The notes: generated by a model not told the origin, from the letters alone. A stretch of 64,000 bases of DNA from Bacteroidia bacterium (GCA_049431025.1 JBMTCP010000009.1:4228-68227); one strand, 5' to 3'. Positions 8,527-17,643 are shown, numbered from the stretch's first letter. Numbers and translations are program-made.

Positions 8527-11500
8527 TTATCGAACCTGAAGGCGTTGAACCAGTGTTTTGGTAGCACCGTACTCGTCAAGGAGACTAATTTTGAGCATAT
8601 AGGATCCGTTGGCCAAACCTTCCAAGCTCAAATTGGCAAGGATTTCAAGTCCGTTGGCGGACAGATTTTCGGTTTTGACAATCCTACCAACCGCATCAAC
8701 CCATTGAATGGTGCATGCAGTCGTTTCAGGCTCCACAATAAGTTTCACATTGACAGCATTTTGGGCTGGATTCGGCCAAACTTGGAAGGAACCCGAAGGA
8801 CGGGCCTTGGACGAGAGCTTAGGCATAACCAAGGCCGCGTTCACCAAGGTTTGGGCCATGGGATCCGCAATTTCGCTCATGGAACCTAGGTTAATTGATG
8901 CAAAATCTATTTCTACACCCTCCTCTGCCCTGATTTCCATTTCAAATAGCACATCCCCGGCACGGACCTTATGACCCTCGGTTGAAACCCAACCCATGCG
9001 GAGGCGACCTTCGGCCATCTGATGCAAAAGAGCTTCCTGACCAAGGTTAGACTTAACCGATACCAGCTCCAAACCGGCAGGCCATGGCATATCCAAAGAG
9101 AGAGCACCCATTTCCATGCCTACTCCTGCGAGAACAGGCAACATGCAAGTGGACTTGTCCTTTTGGACCCTAATAGGCTCCTGGCTTGCGAGCAGACGCG
9201 GAATGGCCAAGCGACCGCTGGTGGATCCAAAATAAGAAGCGTTAACATCACCGGACACAATTCCCAAAACCGGGGCATTAAGTAAGTTGCCGGTTGCAAA
9301 ATTTATTGAACCACCATAATACTGCCAGTTTCCTGCAGGGAAAGAAGAAATGGTCGCATTAGAGCGACGAATGATCATCAGGGCATCCGTATTGTTCACC
9401 AAGGCGCTGTTGTTCACATCAGCAGCCAACGAAACGATTGGAGTAGGGTGCAACAAACCTTGGTAAATTCGGCGAGCTTCCAAGGCATCGGTAGCATTAA
9501 CACCACCCCAAGGACGGCTGGAATTACCCGTGACCTGGTAGGTCCCCGCTGCAAAATTTTCCAGGCTAAAACGACCATCGGTACCGGTGGTCGTGGTTGC
9601 TACAACCTGGCCATTGGGGTTAACCAAGCGCAGGGTGTCGCCTATCAACGGGGTGGCTTGGGTATTGGCGTAGGTCAGACGACCGTTCAGCACGTTGAAT
9701 CCCATACCAACTTGGTAAATGGCTAGGGTTCCACTAATCTCGTTGGCGATCAAAAGCATTGGTTGGCCATTGGGGCTCTGATCGTGACCCAAGAATTGAA
9801 TCACCTCCGCTCCACGGTCACCACCCAAGCCACTGGTTGTCCTGGTATTTAAATAACCACTGAAAACAGGGGCCAAAGGATTGGTCACTTCAAAAGCCAT
9901 CACCCCGCCAACACGCTCCAAGGCGATGAAGGCGAAGGTACGCGAACCGATTTTACCAACGGCGACACCCTCAGGCTCTGGGCCTTTAGAGCGGCTGCGG
10001 TTCTTTCGCGTATTGTTCTCGCTATCGGCATTAAAGAAAGGTCCCCAGGTAGGGTCCGCTAATACGATGGACTCGATCAAGTTCTTGGATTCGTAAACCT
10101 GGGCACCGGTCGCTGCATTGTAAATAGCAAAGGAGCGAGGGCCTACCATATGCAATTCGTCGTAATCACCATCGCCATCCAAGTCCCCGCTTTGGTTGGT
10201 TATGCGTAAACGTCCAAGGGCATGGCTTTCTTTGAGCATCGCCGCATTTGGAAAACGGGTAGGGTCCAAATTGACTGCGCCAACGGTTGTACGCTCATTC
10301 AAGGCGGTATACTCGCGCTCATCACCTTCGTTAGCGGTTACCAAATAAGTTGTATTACCTACCATAAAACTACCGATTGCATCCGGCATATAAAACGATT
10401 TAACCGGCCAATTGGTCATGAGAACAACCCCGTTGTTATCGGATGCATCAAATCCATTTTGGGACGATTGATGGTTTTTCATACCCATAGGGGTAATGTT
10501 GGTAACAATTTTGTTAACCAAATCAATATGGGCTATAGAGTTATTCTCTTGAAGCGTTACCCAGGCTTTGGTATTGTCCGAAGAAACCGTAATATATTCT
10601 GGCTCAAGATTCTGCGACAAGGTTCCGAAGGGAGATCCCTTGCGAACTCCCGAAGCCATCAGAGAAGCACTAAGGGCGTTAAAACCTGTAAAATTCAAGG
10701 TTATTACATCCGACTGTACATAATTGGTGTCTTGCACATCGATGATGCTCACCGAACCTTCGGGGTCATTCGAAAAATCTCCGTTGGGTTGTCCTTCATT
10801 CGCGGTTAAAAGGTACTTTCCGTCATGGGTAAAGGTGATCATATCAGGCAAGGAACCAACAGTTACTTGACCCTTATAATTCCCTAAGGTGTCAAAGAAA
10901 ATAACACGACCCGGGTTCTGCTCGATTGAATCCGGGCTGGCAACGGCCAACAAACCGGGCTTCACGGCCAAACCGGTAATGCCTCCGTAGGGTTGCATAC
11001 TTACCGACCCCAAAGCAACCGGTGCCGCAGGATTGGCCAAAGAAACCATGTCGAAACGACGTTGAACACCAGAGCTCAGGTAAGCTCTTTTGCTCATTGG
11101 ATCATACGCTACAACCTCCGTTGTAGCAGACAAGCCTGGGGTCGGGTCAACGCTGGCTAGTGGGGTCATGACCACCGCACCGCTGGAAACAGGGGCCTGA
11201 CGATCATCGTCTGTGATGTAATAGGTAAAAAAGTCCGCCCCACTCAAAGTCAATCCTTCAAGGCTATCGATTTTGAACACCAAATACTCGTCATCTTCTA
11301 CAGATGCATCGTTGTTGATGGTTAAAGGTATCTGGATAGCGGTAGGGGTATTGGAAACGCTGATACGTTGGGTTTGCCAACCGCTAAGATCGGCCGAGGT
11401 TCCGTTGCTCCAAGTGCTGAGCAGAGAGATGCGAAAGGACCCGGAAGCCTGAACCGGTGCCACATTGCTTAGGTTGACCGGGATAAAAGCCCCGCTTCCG

Positions 11501-12948
11501 TTTTCGGCAATGGTTTTGAAACGAGAACCAAAGGCAATGGTACCCATATTTCCATTCACTACGCCATTGGTATAGGTAATGTTTGTTAATGGCGCCGCAT
11601 TGCTATCAGCTAATTCGCAATTACCCGCAGTCGCCAAATCGAAGGATAATCCTGAAGGTCCTGCTTGCAAAATAACAAATCGCATATTGAATAGTAAACC
11701 ATTAACATTGATTGCATTTGCGTCAAACCAACCGGCCCTAAATTGGGATCCGCTATCTGTAAAATTGATACCTAAGTTTGAAAAGTACCCGCAGTTCCCA
11801 ATTAAGGCATTGTTCAAAACAGGTAAAACATCGGTGGGGGCGCCAGCGCACCGCAAACGCGTACTATCAAAATTAATTGAAATCGAAATTGCTCCGACCT
11901 TAAAAATAGAATCCATTTGCAATTGAACAGGTACGGAAACTGTATCACCTACCCTTCCGTTCACCGTGCCAATACTCAATATAGGGAAAGGTATAGCCTG
12001 AACCGATCCATTGTTAAAAGTCAAACCATTAACGGGATTACCATCGGCATCACCGACTTCCACTAGGCCTGGCGTGGCAAGATCCCAATTTAAGGCTGCG
12101 TTTCCAGAACGCAATACAACAAAACGAACATTAAATAAAACCCCACTTACCGTGGCAGGATTCAAATCATACCAACTTAACCTGAATTGAGAGCCAGATC
12201 CATTTAGATTGGCTCCAATGCCCCCAAAGTAACCACAATTGGTGAGTAAATTCGACGACGAGATACCCGTGTTTACATTCGACACTTGAGATAGACACTG
12301 TAATTTTGAAGAATCGTAGTTTATGGCTAGAGTCAAAGCGGACATGGTCAAGGGATTTGATCCGCTGTAGGTTACAGGAATTGAAAGGGTGTCCCCTACC
12401 AATCCGCTAACTGAACCTATGCTGAGGGCCGGGGGTATAATGCCTTGAACCGCACCGTTGGTAAACGTTAATCCACCGATTGGATTGCCATCAATATCGC
12501 CAACTTCAACAAGCGAAGGCGTTGATAAATCCCATTCCAAAGGCGCTTGGCCGGTTTGCAAAATGACCATTCGAATATTAAACAGGAGTCCATTGACTGT
12601 GGCGGGATTCAAATCGTACCAAACCAACCTGAATTGGGAAGCCGAGGCCGTCAAATTGGCGCCCGTTCCACTAAAAAAGCCACAATTGGTCAGTAAATTA
12701 GTCGAAGAAATAAGCGGACTCAAATCAGTGACCTGGGATAAACAGCGTAATCGCGTTGAATCGTAGTTAATAGTCAACGTCAAGGCAGACATGGTCAAAG
12801 GACTAGTCCCGTTGTAAATGACCGGTACCGAAACAGTATCACCGACTAGTCCTGTCACTTGGCCCAAGGAAAGTCCTTGCGCGGTGGCTTTGCCCGGTAA
12901 ACTCAACATGGCTATGACGCCTAACAGCAAGAAATAGATTTTTTTCAT
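8527..12948 (-). CDS. T9SS-secreted multidomain protein: 3x cohesin-like, Calx-beta, choice-of-anchor I (phosphatase-associated propeller), dockerin-like, cohesin-like, T9SS CTD
   Basis: Signal peptide MKKIYFLL...ATA-Q; three GDT(V/L)S(V/I)PV...N(Y/F)DS..L...NG.V repeats; INNDASVEDDEY...ITDDD Calx-beta; LPDMITFT, ANEG, DPEGSVSII, LEPEYI, LQENN, KGPEPEG ChoI motifs; AADVNNSALVNNTDAL; WPNPA...GSYMLKI CTD. Confidence 0.85.
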   Translation of the reverse strand: MKKIYFLLLGVIAMLSLPGKATAQGLSLGQVTGLVGDTVSVPVIYNGTSPLTMSALTLTINYDSTRLRCLSQVTDLSPLISSTNLLTNCGFFSGTGANLTASASQFRLVWYDLNPATVNGLLFNIRMVILQTGQAPLEWDLSTPSLVEVGDIDGNPIGGLTFTNGAVQGIIPPALSIGSVSGLVGDTLSIPVTYSGSNPLTMSALTLAINYDSSKLQCLSQVSNVNTGISSSNLLTNCGYFGGIGANLNGSGSQFRLSWYDLNPATVSGVLFNVRFVVLRSGNAALNWDLATPGLVEVGDADGNPVNGLTFNNGSVQAIPFPILSIGTVNGRVGDTVSVPVQLQMDSIFKVGAISISINFDSTRLRCAGAPTDVLPVLNNALIGNCGYFSNLGINFTDSGSQFRAGWFDANAINVNGLLFNMRFVILQAGPSGLSFDLATAGNCELADSNAAPLTNITYTNGVVNGNMGTIAFGSRFKTIAENGSGAFIPVNLSNVAPVQASGSFRISLLSTWSNGTSADLSGWQTQRISVSNTPTAIQIPLTINNDASVEDDEYLVFKIDSLEGLTLSGADFFTYYITDDDRQAPVSSGAVVMTPLASVDPTPGLSATTEVVAYDPMSKRAYLSSGVQRRFDMVSLANPAAPVALGSVSMQPYGGITGLAVKPGLLAVASPDSIEQNPGRVIFFDTLGNYKGQVTVGSLPDMITFTHDGKYLLTANEGQPNGDFSNDPEGSVSIIDVQDTNYVQSDVITLNFTGFNALSASLMASGVRKGSPFGTLSQNLEPEYITVSSDNTKAWVTLQENNSIAHIDLVNKIVTNITPMGMKNHQSSQNGFDASDNNGVVLMTNWPVKSFYMPDAIGSFMVGNTTYLVTANEGDEREYTALNERTTVGAVNLDPTRFPNAAMLKESHALGRLRITNQSGDLDGDGDYDELHMVGPRSFAIYNAATGAQVYESKNLIESIVLADPTWGPFFNADSENNTRKNRSRSKGPEPEGVAVGKIGSRTFAFIALERVGGVMAFEVTNPLAPVFSGYLNTRTTSGLGGDRGAEVIQFLGHDQSPNGQPMLLIANEISGTLAIYQVGMGFNVLNGRLTYANTQATPLIGDTLRLVNPNGQVVATTTTGTDGRFSLENFAAGTYQVTGNSSRPWGGVNATDALEARRIYQGLLHPTPIVSLAADVNNSALVNNTDALMIIRRSNATISSFPAGNWQYYGGSINFATGNLLNAPVLGIVSGDVNASYFGSTSGRLAIPRLLASQEPIRVQKDKSTCMLPVLAGVGMEMGALSLDMPWPAGLELVSVKSNLGQEALLHQMAEGRLRMGWVSTEGHKVRAGDVLFEMEIRAEEGVEIDFASINLGSMSEIADPMAQTLVNAALVMPKLSSKARPSGSFQVWPNPAQNAVNVKLIVEPETTACTIQWVDAVGRIVKTENLSANGLEILANLSLEGLANGSYMLKISLLDEYGATKTLVQRLQVR
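11550..12873 (-). repeat. Three tandem ~145-aa cohesin-like repeats (approximate bounds)
   Basis: Repeats 1 and 2 share long stretches (PLTMSALTL.INYDS, NLLTNCG.F, SQFRL.WYDLNPATV, LVEVGD.DGNP); repeat 3 is more divergent. Confidence 0.85.
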
Positions 12949-13104
12949 TTCAGACTTTTTTTTCAAATTTCAATGAGCGGTTTTATGGCTTTATGAAGCC
13001 CAAATCACCTTGAGATGAATAAAATTTTACGTCTGTATTAAGGAGGGCTCATCGAATACTTCGCTTTAAACTTCGGTTATGGATGCTGACAGCAGGGTTT
13101 ACCT

Positions 13105-14415
13105 TTGAGTCAACCCTGCATAGCCTTGCGTAAACCCTCCAAACCTGTTCAAAAAGCCCTGGGTTGGTCTATCCTGCAATCGGCTTTCAAGCTTACCGGG
13201 CTCTACGGGGTCGGCAAGCTCATGGCCCTTTGGTTTGGACCTGCAGGTCTAGCTTTGATCGGGCAATTCCAGAATTTGTTGTACTTGCAACAAAATGCGG
13301 GGGGCTTATCCGTTTACAATGCCCTAATTCAGGGTTTGAGCCGCCTAAAAGGAGAAAAGAAACCGACCAAGGGCTTCTTTAGCGATGGGCTATACTTTGG
13401 TTGGACCTTGAGTTTAGGGGTTGCTGTGGTTTGGTGGGCTATGTTGCCGTGGTCGTTCATCCCCCTTTTGGGGAAAGACTTCCCGCTGTGGTTGGCCATC
13501 ATCATGCCCGTGTTGGCCCTGGGTTCGACCTTTTGGGCCGGTGCGCTGGCCCTGGCAGCGTCGGAACGTCAATACAAACGAAACGCGCTTCTCAATATGG
13601 CCCAAACGGCCTGGACCATTTTACTGTTCGGAATCCTGGGGTATCGCTGGGGTTTGACGGGGGCTTGTTTGGGCCTCGGTTTGGCCCAGGTACCGCTGGC
13701 GATTTATTCCTATGGGCATCTAAGGCCCATAATGGGGGGTTGGTGGCGGCAAATTCTCTCTTTTTGGGTTCGGCGAGGATACCTTCATTCGCCACTTTGG
13801 CCCTTGGTCGGTATGGCGTTGTATTCGGTAGGGATCACACAATTGGTCCTGGTTATCGTTCGATCGCACCTGCTTATCGAATTTTCAGCCGAAACAGCGG
13901 GCTGGTGGGAAGGGGTCCAACGTATTGGCAACCTATGGGTACCGGTTATTTCGACACTGATGACATCCCATTTTTTGCCATCGCTAAGCGAGGTACGTGA
14001 CCGAAAAACCTACACCAAGCTCTCGCTACAAGCCGCACTGGGATCCTCGTTCTTGGTGGGTCTCTACGCGCTCGTCGTTTTGGCTTTGGGGGGTAGGGCC
14101 ATTTCATTTATGTTCAGCGAAGCATTTACCCCGATGTTGGTAATCCTACCCTTGCACTTGGCAACGGATGTACTCAAAGCAGGTGTTTGGGGTCTCCACA
14201 ATGCCATGCTTTCACGCCAAAAAGCAAGTTGGCTCGTCATGATTGATCTTGGCTTTCAAACAATATATGTAGTCGGCGTACTTTGGGGAACCGCCCGCTA
14301 TGGGTGGGAGGCTTCAGTGGCGGCTTACGCCTTGGGAATGTGCCTTAATGCCTTAGTTACCATTGTATTATGGAAAAAAACCCAAGATTCATTTTCTAGA
14401 AAACAAACCGAATAA
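13105..14415 (+). CDS. wzx: Wzx/WzxE-like polysaccharide flippase (true start possibly TTG 13126)
   Basis: About 12 TM helices; N-terminal KLMALWFGPAGLALIGQFQN typical of WzxE-type translocases; a TACCTTTG box at 13100-13107 overlaps the predicted start. Confidence 0.8.
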   Translation: MSQPCIALRKPSKPVQKALGWSILQSAFKLTGLYGVGKLMALWFGPAGLALIGQFQNLLYLQQNAGGLSVYNALIQGLSRLKGEKKPTKGFFSDGLYFGWTLSLGVAVVWWAMLPWSFIPLLGKDFPLWLAIIMPVLALGSTFWAGALALAASERQYKRNALLNMAQTAWTILLFGILGYRWGLTGACLGLGLAQVPLAIYSYGHLRPIMGGWWRQILSFWVRRGYLHSPLWPLVGMALYSVGITQLVLVIVRSHLLIEFSAETAGWWEGVQRIGNLWVPVISTLMTSHFLPSLSEVRDRKTYTKLSLQAALGSSFLVGLYALVVLALGGRAISFMFSEAFTPMLVILPLHLATDVLKAGVWGLHNAMLSRQKASWLVMIDLGFQTIYVVGVLWGTARYGWEASVAAYALGMCLNALVTIVLWKKTQDSFSRKQTE

Positions 14416-14424
14416 CGTTTTAAC

Positions 14425-15090
14425 ATGGAATCCTACCTTCATAAACCCTCGGATTATTTCGAGCACGCGCGAATGGACGTTCTTCGATGCCTAGGGTCCG
14501 TTGAGGGAAAAAGAATCCTGGAACTTGGTGCAGGCGGTGGCTATACCTTGGCGCATGCAAAAACCGTTGGCAAGGCATCGTATGTAGCTGGTGTTGAATT
14601 AATGACGCTGGAAGGTACCGTTCAACAAAATTCTTGTCTCGATGAATTCTTGATAAGGGATCTATCATGGCCCGTTCCTTCCTTGAATTGCGATGCCTTT
14701 GATGTCTTGATGTGCCCTGATGTGCTGGAACACTTGGTAGATCCTTGGAATGTGTTAAGAAACTGGTCGGTTTATCTCAAGCCAGGCGGAACCCTGGTTA
14801 TATCCCTCCCCAACATCAGAGAAATTTCTGTGATATGGAAAATTGCAGTTCAAGGGGACTTTGGTTATACCCCGGATGGAATCCTGGATCATACCCACCT
14901 GAGGTTTTTTGCAAGACAAAACGCTGGTGCCTTACCGGACCCTGCTCAATACGAACAAATTTGTGTTATACCAGCCATGCATTACCAAAAAGGACCCCGC
15001 TTCCGCCCCTGGATAAGCCGGTTGAGTTTGGGTTGGGCGGATGACTTTCTGACTCATCAATGGTTTGTTAAGGCCAAAAAGCGGGCCTAA
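14425..15090 (+). CDS. Class I SAM-dependent methyltransferase (glycan-associated)
   Basis: ILELGAGGG motif I, FDVLMCPDVLEHLVDP, SLPN, GILDHTHLRFF. Confidence 0.88.
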   Translation: MESYLHKPSDYFEHARMDVLRCLGSVEGKRILELGAGGGYTLAHAKTVGKASYVAGVELMTLEGTVQQNSCLDEFLIRDLSWPVPSLNCDAFDVLMCPDVLEHLVDPWNVLRNWSVYLKPGGTLVISLPNIREISVIWKIAVQGDFGYTPDGILDHTHLRFFARQNAGALPDPAQYEQICVIPAMHYQKGPRFRPWISRLSLGWADDFLTHQWFVKAKKRA

Positions 15091-15100
15091 AATATTGATT

Positions 15101-16042
15101 TTGAACGTAAAAGAAGTATCCAACTCCGATAGTACGCTCACTCTGGGGGTCATTGTTGTGCATTTTGGCCAACCCGAATTAACGCTTCGCTGCTTGATGC
15201 ACTTGGCTAGGCAAGAAGGCGTGTACCTAAAAATAATTATTGTTGATAACAGCCCTCAAGGAGATGCTCCCTTGGCCCTGGATTCAGGACTTAATGGAAT
15301 TACCCTACGATGTTCCAACCAGGGTTTCTCCCATGCCAACAACCAAGGCCTCAAAAAACTAAAAGATTTATCCAAGGAAGGCAGCCCAATAGACGGGGTT
15401 TTGCTCTTGAACAACGACGCCTTTGCCACGGAAAACGCATTGCGCAACTTAGGAGACGCAATGATCCGTATTCAAAGTCCCGGATTGGCGGTGTTGGTGG
15501 GTGGGTGTCTCCTTAACGAAGATGGGAGCCTTCAAACACGAGGTGGCGCTTGGATTCCAAAACATGGATGCGGAAGAGTCCTCATGGATGAACCCTTTCC
15601 CACTTACGGAGTCCTTTACCCCTCTGGGGCAGCGTTACTCATGAACAAGGCTGCGCTTGATCGGATAGATTGGCAGCTGGACGAGGGGTATTTTTTGTAT
15701 TTCGAGGAAATCGATGCGGTGGAACGGCTACGCAAATCAGGACCCTTGCAGGTTATCCTGGACCCAAATGCCCGTTTTGTCCACCTTCAAGGGGTAACGG
15801 CGGGCAGTGGAAAGCGACATCATGACCGATCCATAAGCAGTGAATACCACTTTCATCGCAGCAAAAGGCGTTTCTATGAACTTCATTACCCCATGTACCT
15901 ACCCAAAATGCATTTATTGCATGTTTTGGTGGTAATTAAACGGGTTTTGCGTGGAGAATTTGGTCGAGCCAAGGCCGTAATGAGGGGGTTTTGGGGGGTT
16001 AATGAGCGATTCAAAGCCGCAAAGGGTGGCAAAAACAAATAG
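15101..16042 (+). CDS. Glycosyltransferase family 2 (start uncertain: 15065 or 15101)
   Basis: [41 protein letters not shown]. Confidence 0.88.
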   Translation: MNVKEVSNSDSTLTLGVIVVHFGQPELTLRCLMHLARQEGVYLKIIIVDNSPQGDAPLALDSGLNGITLRCSNQGFSHANNQGLKKLKDLSKEGSPIDGVLLLNNDAFATENALRNLGDAMIRIQSPGLAVLVGGCLLNEDGSLQTRGGAWIPKHGCGRVLMDEPFPTYGVLYPSGAALLMNKAALDRIDWQLDEGYFLYFEEIDAVERLRKSGPLQVILDPNARFVHLQGVTAGSGKRHHDRSISSEYHFHRSKRRFYELHYPMYLPKMHLLHVLVVIKRVLRGEFGRAKAVMRGFWGVNERFKAAKGGKNK

Positions 16043-16047
16043 CCCGG

Positions 16048-16121
16048 CGGGATTGTCCTCGCTGTGCTCGGGATTGTCCTCGCTGTGCTCGGGATTGTCC
16101 TCGCTGTGCTCGGACATCCCG
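16048..16121. repeat. 3 x 21-bp perfect tandem repeat (CGGGATTGTCCTCGCTGTGCT) ending in a REP-like imperfect palindrome
   Basis: Units at 16048-68, 16069-89 and 16090-110; the last unit plus CGGACATCCCG folds as CGGGAT-t-GTCC-tc-GC-tgt-GC-tc-GGAC-ATCCCG. Confidence 0.85.
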
Positions 16122-16133
16122 AGGAGGGGAACA

Positions 16134-16254
16134 GCAGAACAAACCCGTGCTGGAACTGCGTTCCAAGCTTTTTGATTTTTTGGAATTCGCTCAAGCAAGC
16201 TTGGCGCTTCCGCAAATCAAAAAGCCCCCTTTCGGGGGCACGGGTTTGTTCTGC
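16134..16254. repeat. ~120-bp nested inverted-repeat element at the tRNA-Ser 3' end
   Basis: Perfect 17-bp IR GCAGAACAAACCCGTGC (16134-50) / GCACGGGTTTGTTCTGC (16238-54); inner 12-bp IR 16167-78/16214-25; hairpin 16151-65. Confidence 0.8.
16219..16239 (-). terminator. Probable intrinsic terminator of tRNA-Ser
   Basis: On the minus strand GCCCCC-GAAA-GGGGGC followed by TTTTT. Confidence 0.65.
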
Positions 16255-16340
16255 GGAGAGAGAGGGATTCGAACCCTCGATACGGTTTCCCGTATACACA
16301 CTTTCCAGGCGTGCTCCTTCAACCACTCGGACACCTCTCC
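16254..16340 (-). tRNA. tRNA-Ser (anticodon GGA)
   Basis: Reverse complement GGAGAGGTGTCCGAGTGG...CACGC-CTGGAAA-GTGTG, long variable arm, GGTTCGAATCC, CTCTCCG; CCA not encoded. Confidence 0.97.
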
Positions 16341-16371
16341 TCAATTCCTCATTTAATACGCAAAAGGGAGC

Positions 16372-16379
16372 CAAAAATA
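16372..16379 (-). promoter_or_regulatory. -7 promoter box for tRNA-Ser
   Basis: TATTTTTG on the minus strand about 30 nt upstream of the tRNA. Confidence 0.55.
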
Positions 16380-16517
16380 GAACCAAAATGCCCAAAAATG
16401 GACGTTTTCCCTTAAAATTAGGTAAAATCCTAAAGGCTATCTTGCTAAAATCAATTTATGTCTTTAATTAATACAATTCAAATAACAAAAAACGCATCGT
16501 CCTTTCGGTAATTATGC

Positions 16518-16525
16518 TATTTTTG
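16518..16525 (+). promoter_or_regulatory. -7 promoter box for the gldL-gldM-like operon
   Basis: TATTTTTG in an AT-rich intergenic region, 16 nt upstream of ATG 16542. Confidence 0.6.
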
Positions 16526-16541
16526 ACTAAATTTTACTGAA

Positions 16542-17105
16542 ATGGCCCTTTTTCACCGCTTTAAAACCGCTGGTTTAGCCCACATTCTCCATTTATTCTC
16601 CGATAAAACCCGATTGACCCGGGTTCTTTTCTTGTACTTCGCTCTGTTTTGGACGACCCAAGCCCTCTCCCAATCCCCAAACACAGGGCAAAACGGCATG
16701 AGCAGCAGTTCGGAAACCGAGTTAAAAGAGGCACTCCGTCAAGCCAACAAGGAAATAACAAGCCTCCAAAAAGTTGTGCAAAACCAAAATGCGGCTTATC
16801 GCCGAAATGTTGACTCTCTTAATCGTCAAATAGCCGATAACCTTGCCAAACTGGGTCAAAACGAAAGGGCTCTCAACATCGCGCTCGAAAGTTTTGAGGC
16901 CAAGTACCGGGAACAAAACCAAACCATCCAGGAATTTCAAGACGGTTTGGCTTCCATCAAGAGCCGTCAAATGCTAACGATTATCGCCGTTTTGGTGGCG
17001 GCTGTCGTAGTCCTGTTTGGCGCCGTTCAGTGGGCCTTCCGCAAAGCCTCTACCCAGCAAACGAATTTTTGGAATGAATTCCAGGCCAGCCTTCTCAAAA
17101 AGTAA
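16542..17105 (+). CDS. Hypothetical protein: signal peptide, ~90-aa coiled coil, C-terminal TM helix
   Basis: VLFLYFALFWTTQALS-Q signal; heptad-rich helical middle; MLTIIAVLVAAVVVLFGAV TM. Confidence 0.75.
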   Translation: MALFHRFKTAGLAHILHLFSDKTRLTRVLFLYFALFWTTQALSQSPNTGQNGMSSSSETELKEALRQANKEITSLQKVVQNQNAAYRRNVDSLNRQIADNLAKLGQNERALNIALESFEAKYREQNQTIQEFQDGLASIKSRQMLTIIAVLVAAVVVLFGAVQWAFRKASTQQTNFWNEFQASLLKK

Positions 17106-17132
17106 TCCCTCCACCTTAATTCAAAAAAAACC

Positions 17133-17642
17133 ATGAGTCTTAACAACCAATCCACCCAAGGAAAATTGGATCCCATTACCTTTTTTTACGGTTTTGGCGC
17201 TGCTATCGTTTTGATTGCATCCATGTTCAAATTTGTAGGATGGGATTATGCTACTGAATTGTTCATTGTTGGCTTGGCGATCGAAGCGGTGGTCTTCTTG
17301 GTTTCTGCCTTTGAACGAACCAAGTCCGAAAAAGAATACGCTTGGGAGAATGTCTTTCCCCAATTGGTGGACAAGAACGCCCCATCCACCATGCCCGGTT
17401 CTGCAGCAGGGGCTAACGCGAATCTTGCTAACCCGGACTTGCAACAGAAATTCGATCAGCTGGGCCAACAAGTCCAACAAATGCAACAATCCCTCCAGGC
17501 CTTCAGCAGCCATTTGGACAAAAACGCGGGGATTGCTTCCCAATCCATGCAGTCCATGGAAAACATGAACCGCGAAATTGAAAAATACAACGATCACCTC
17601 AAGCGGCTCAACCAAAAATTCAGCGAGTTAAGCGGGCGCTAA
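17133..17642 (+). CDS. gldL: GldL/PorL-like motor subunit (short paralogue)
   Basis: FYGFGAAIVLIASMFKF...GLAIEAVVFLVSAFE...YAWENVFPQL matches the GldL N-terminal two-TM signature; coiled-coil tail. Confidence 0.85.
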   Translation: MSLNNQSTQGKLDPITFFYGFGAAIVLIASMFKFVGWDYATELFIVGLAIEAVVFLVSAFERTKSEKEYAWENVFPQLVDKNAPSTMPGSAAGANANLANPDLQQKFDQLGQQVQQMQQSLQAFSSHLDKNAGIASQSMQSMENMNREIEKYNDHLKRLNQKFSELSGR

Positions 17643-17643
17643 A

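Noticed and set aside
8527-12948. True cellulosome scaffoldin
   Set aside because: No CBM3 or dockerin-bearing glycoside hydrolases were recognised in the window; the cargo is ChoI/adhesin type
16048-16110. 21-bp repeats as a mini CRISPR array
   Set aside because: The units are head-to-tail with no spacers, and there are no cas genes in the window
8400-16254. Active integrative element or prophage at tRNA-Ser
   Set aside because: No integrase, transposase or phage gene, and no duplicated tRNA 3' end was seen
15886-16471. ORFs 15886-16395(-), 15914-16198(-), 16064-16471(+) and 16147-16356(+)
   Set aside because: They overlap tRNA-Ser and the repeats; the peptide periodicity only reflects the 21-bp unit
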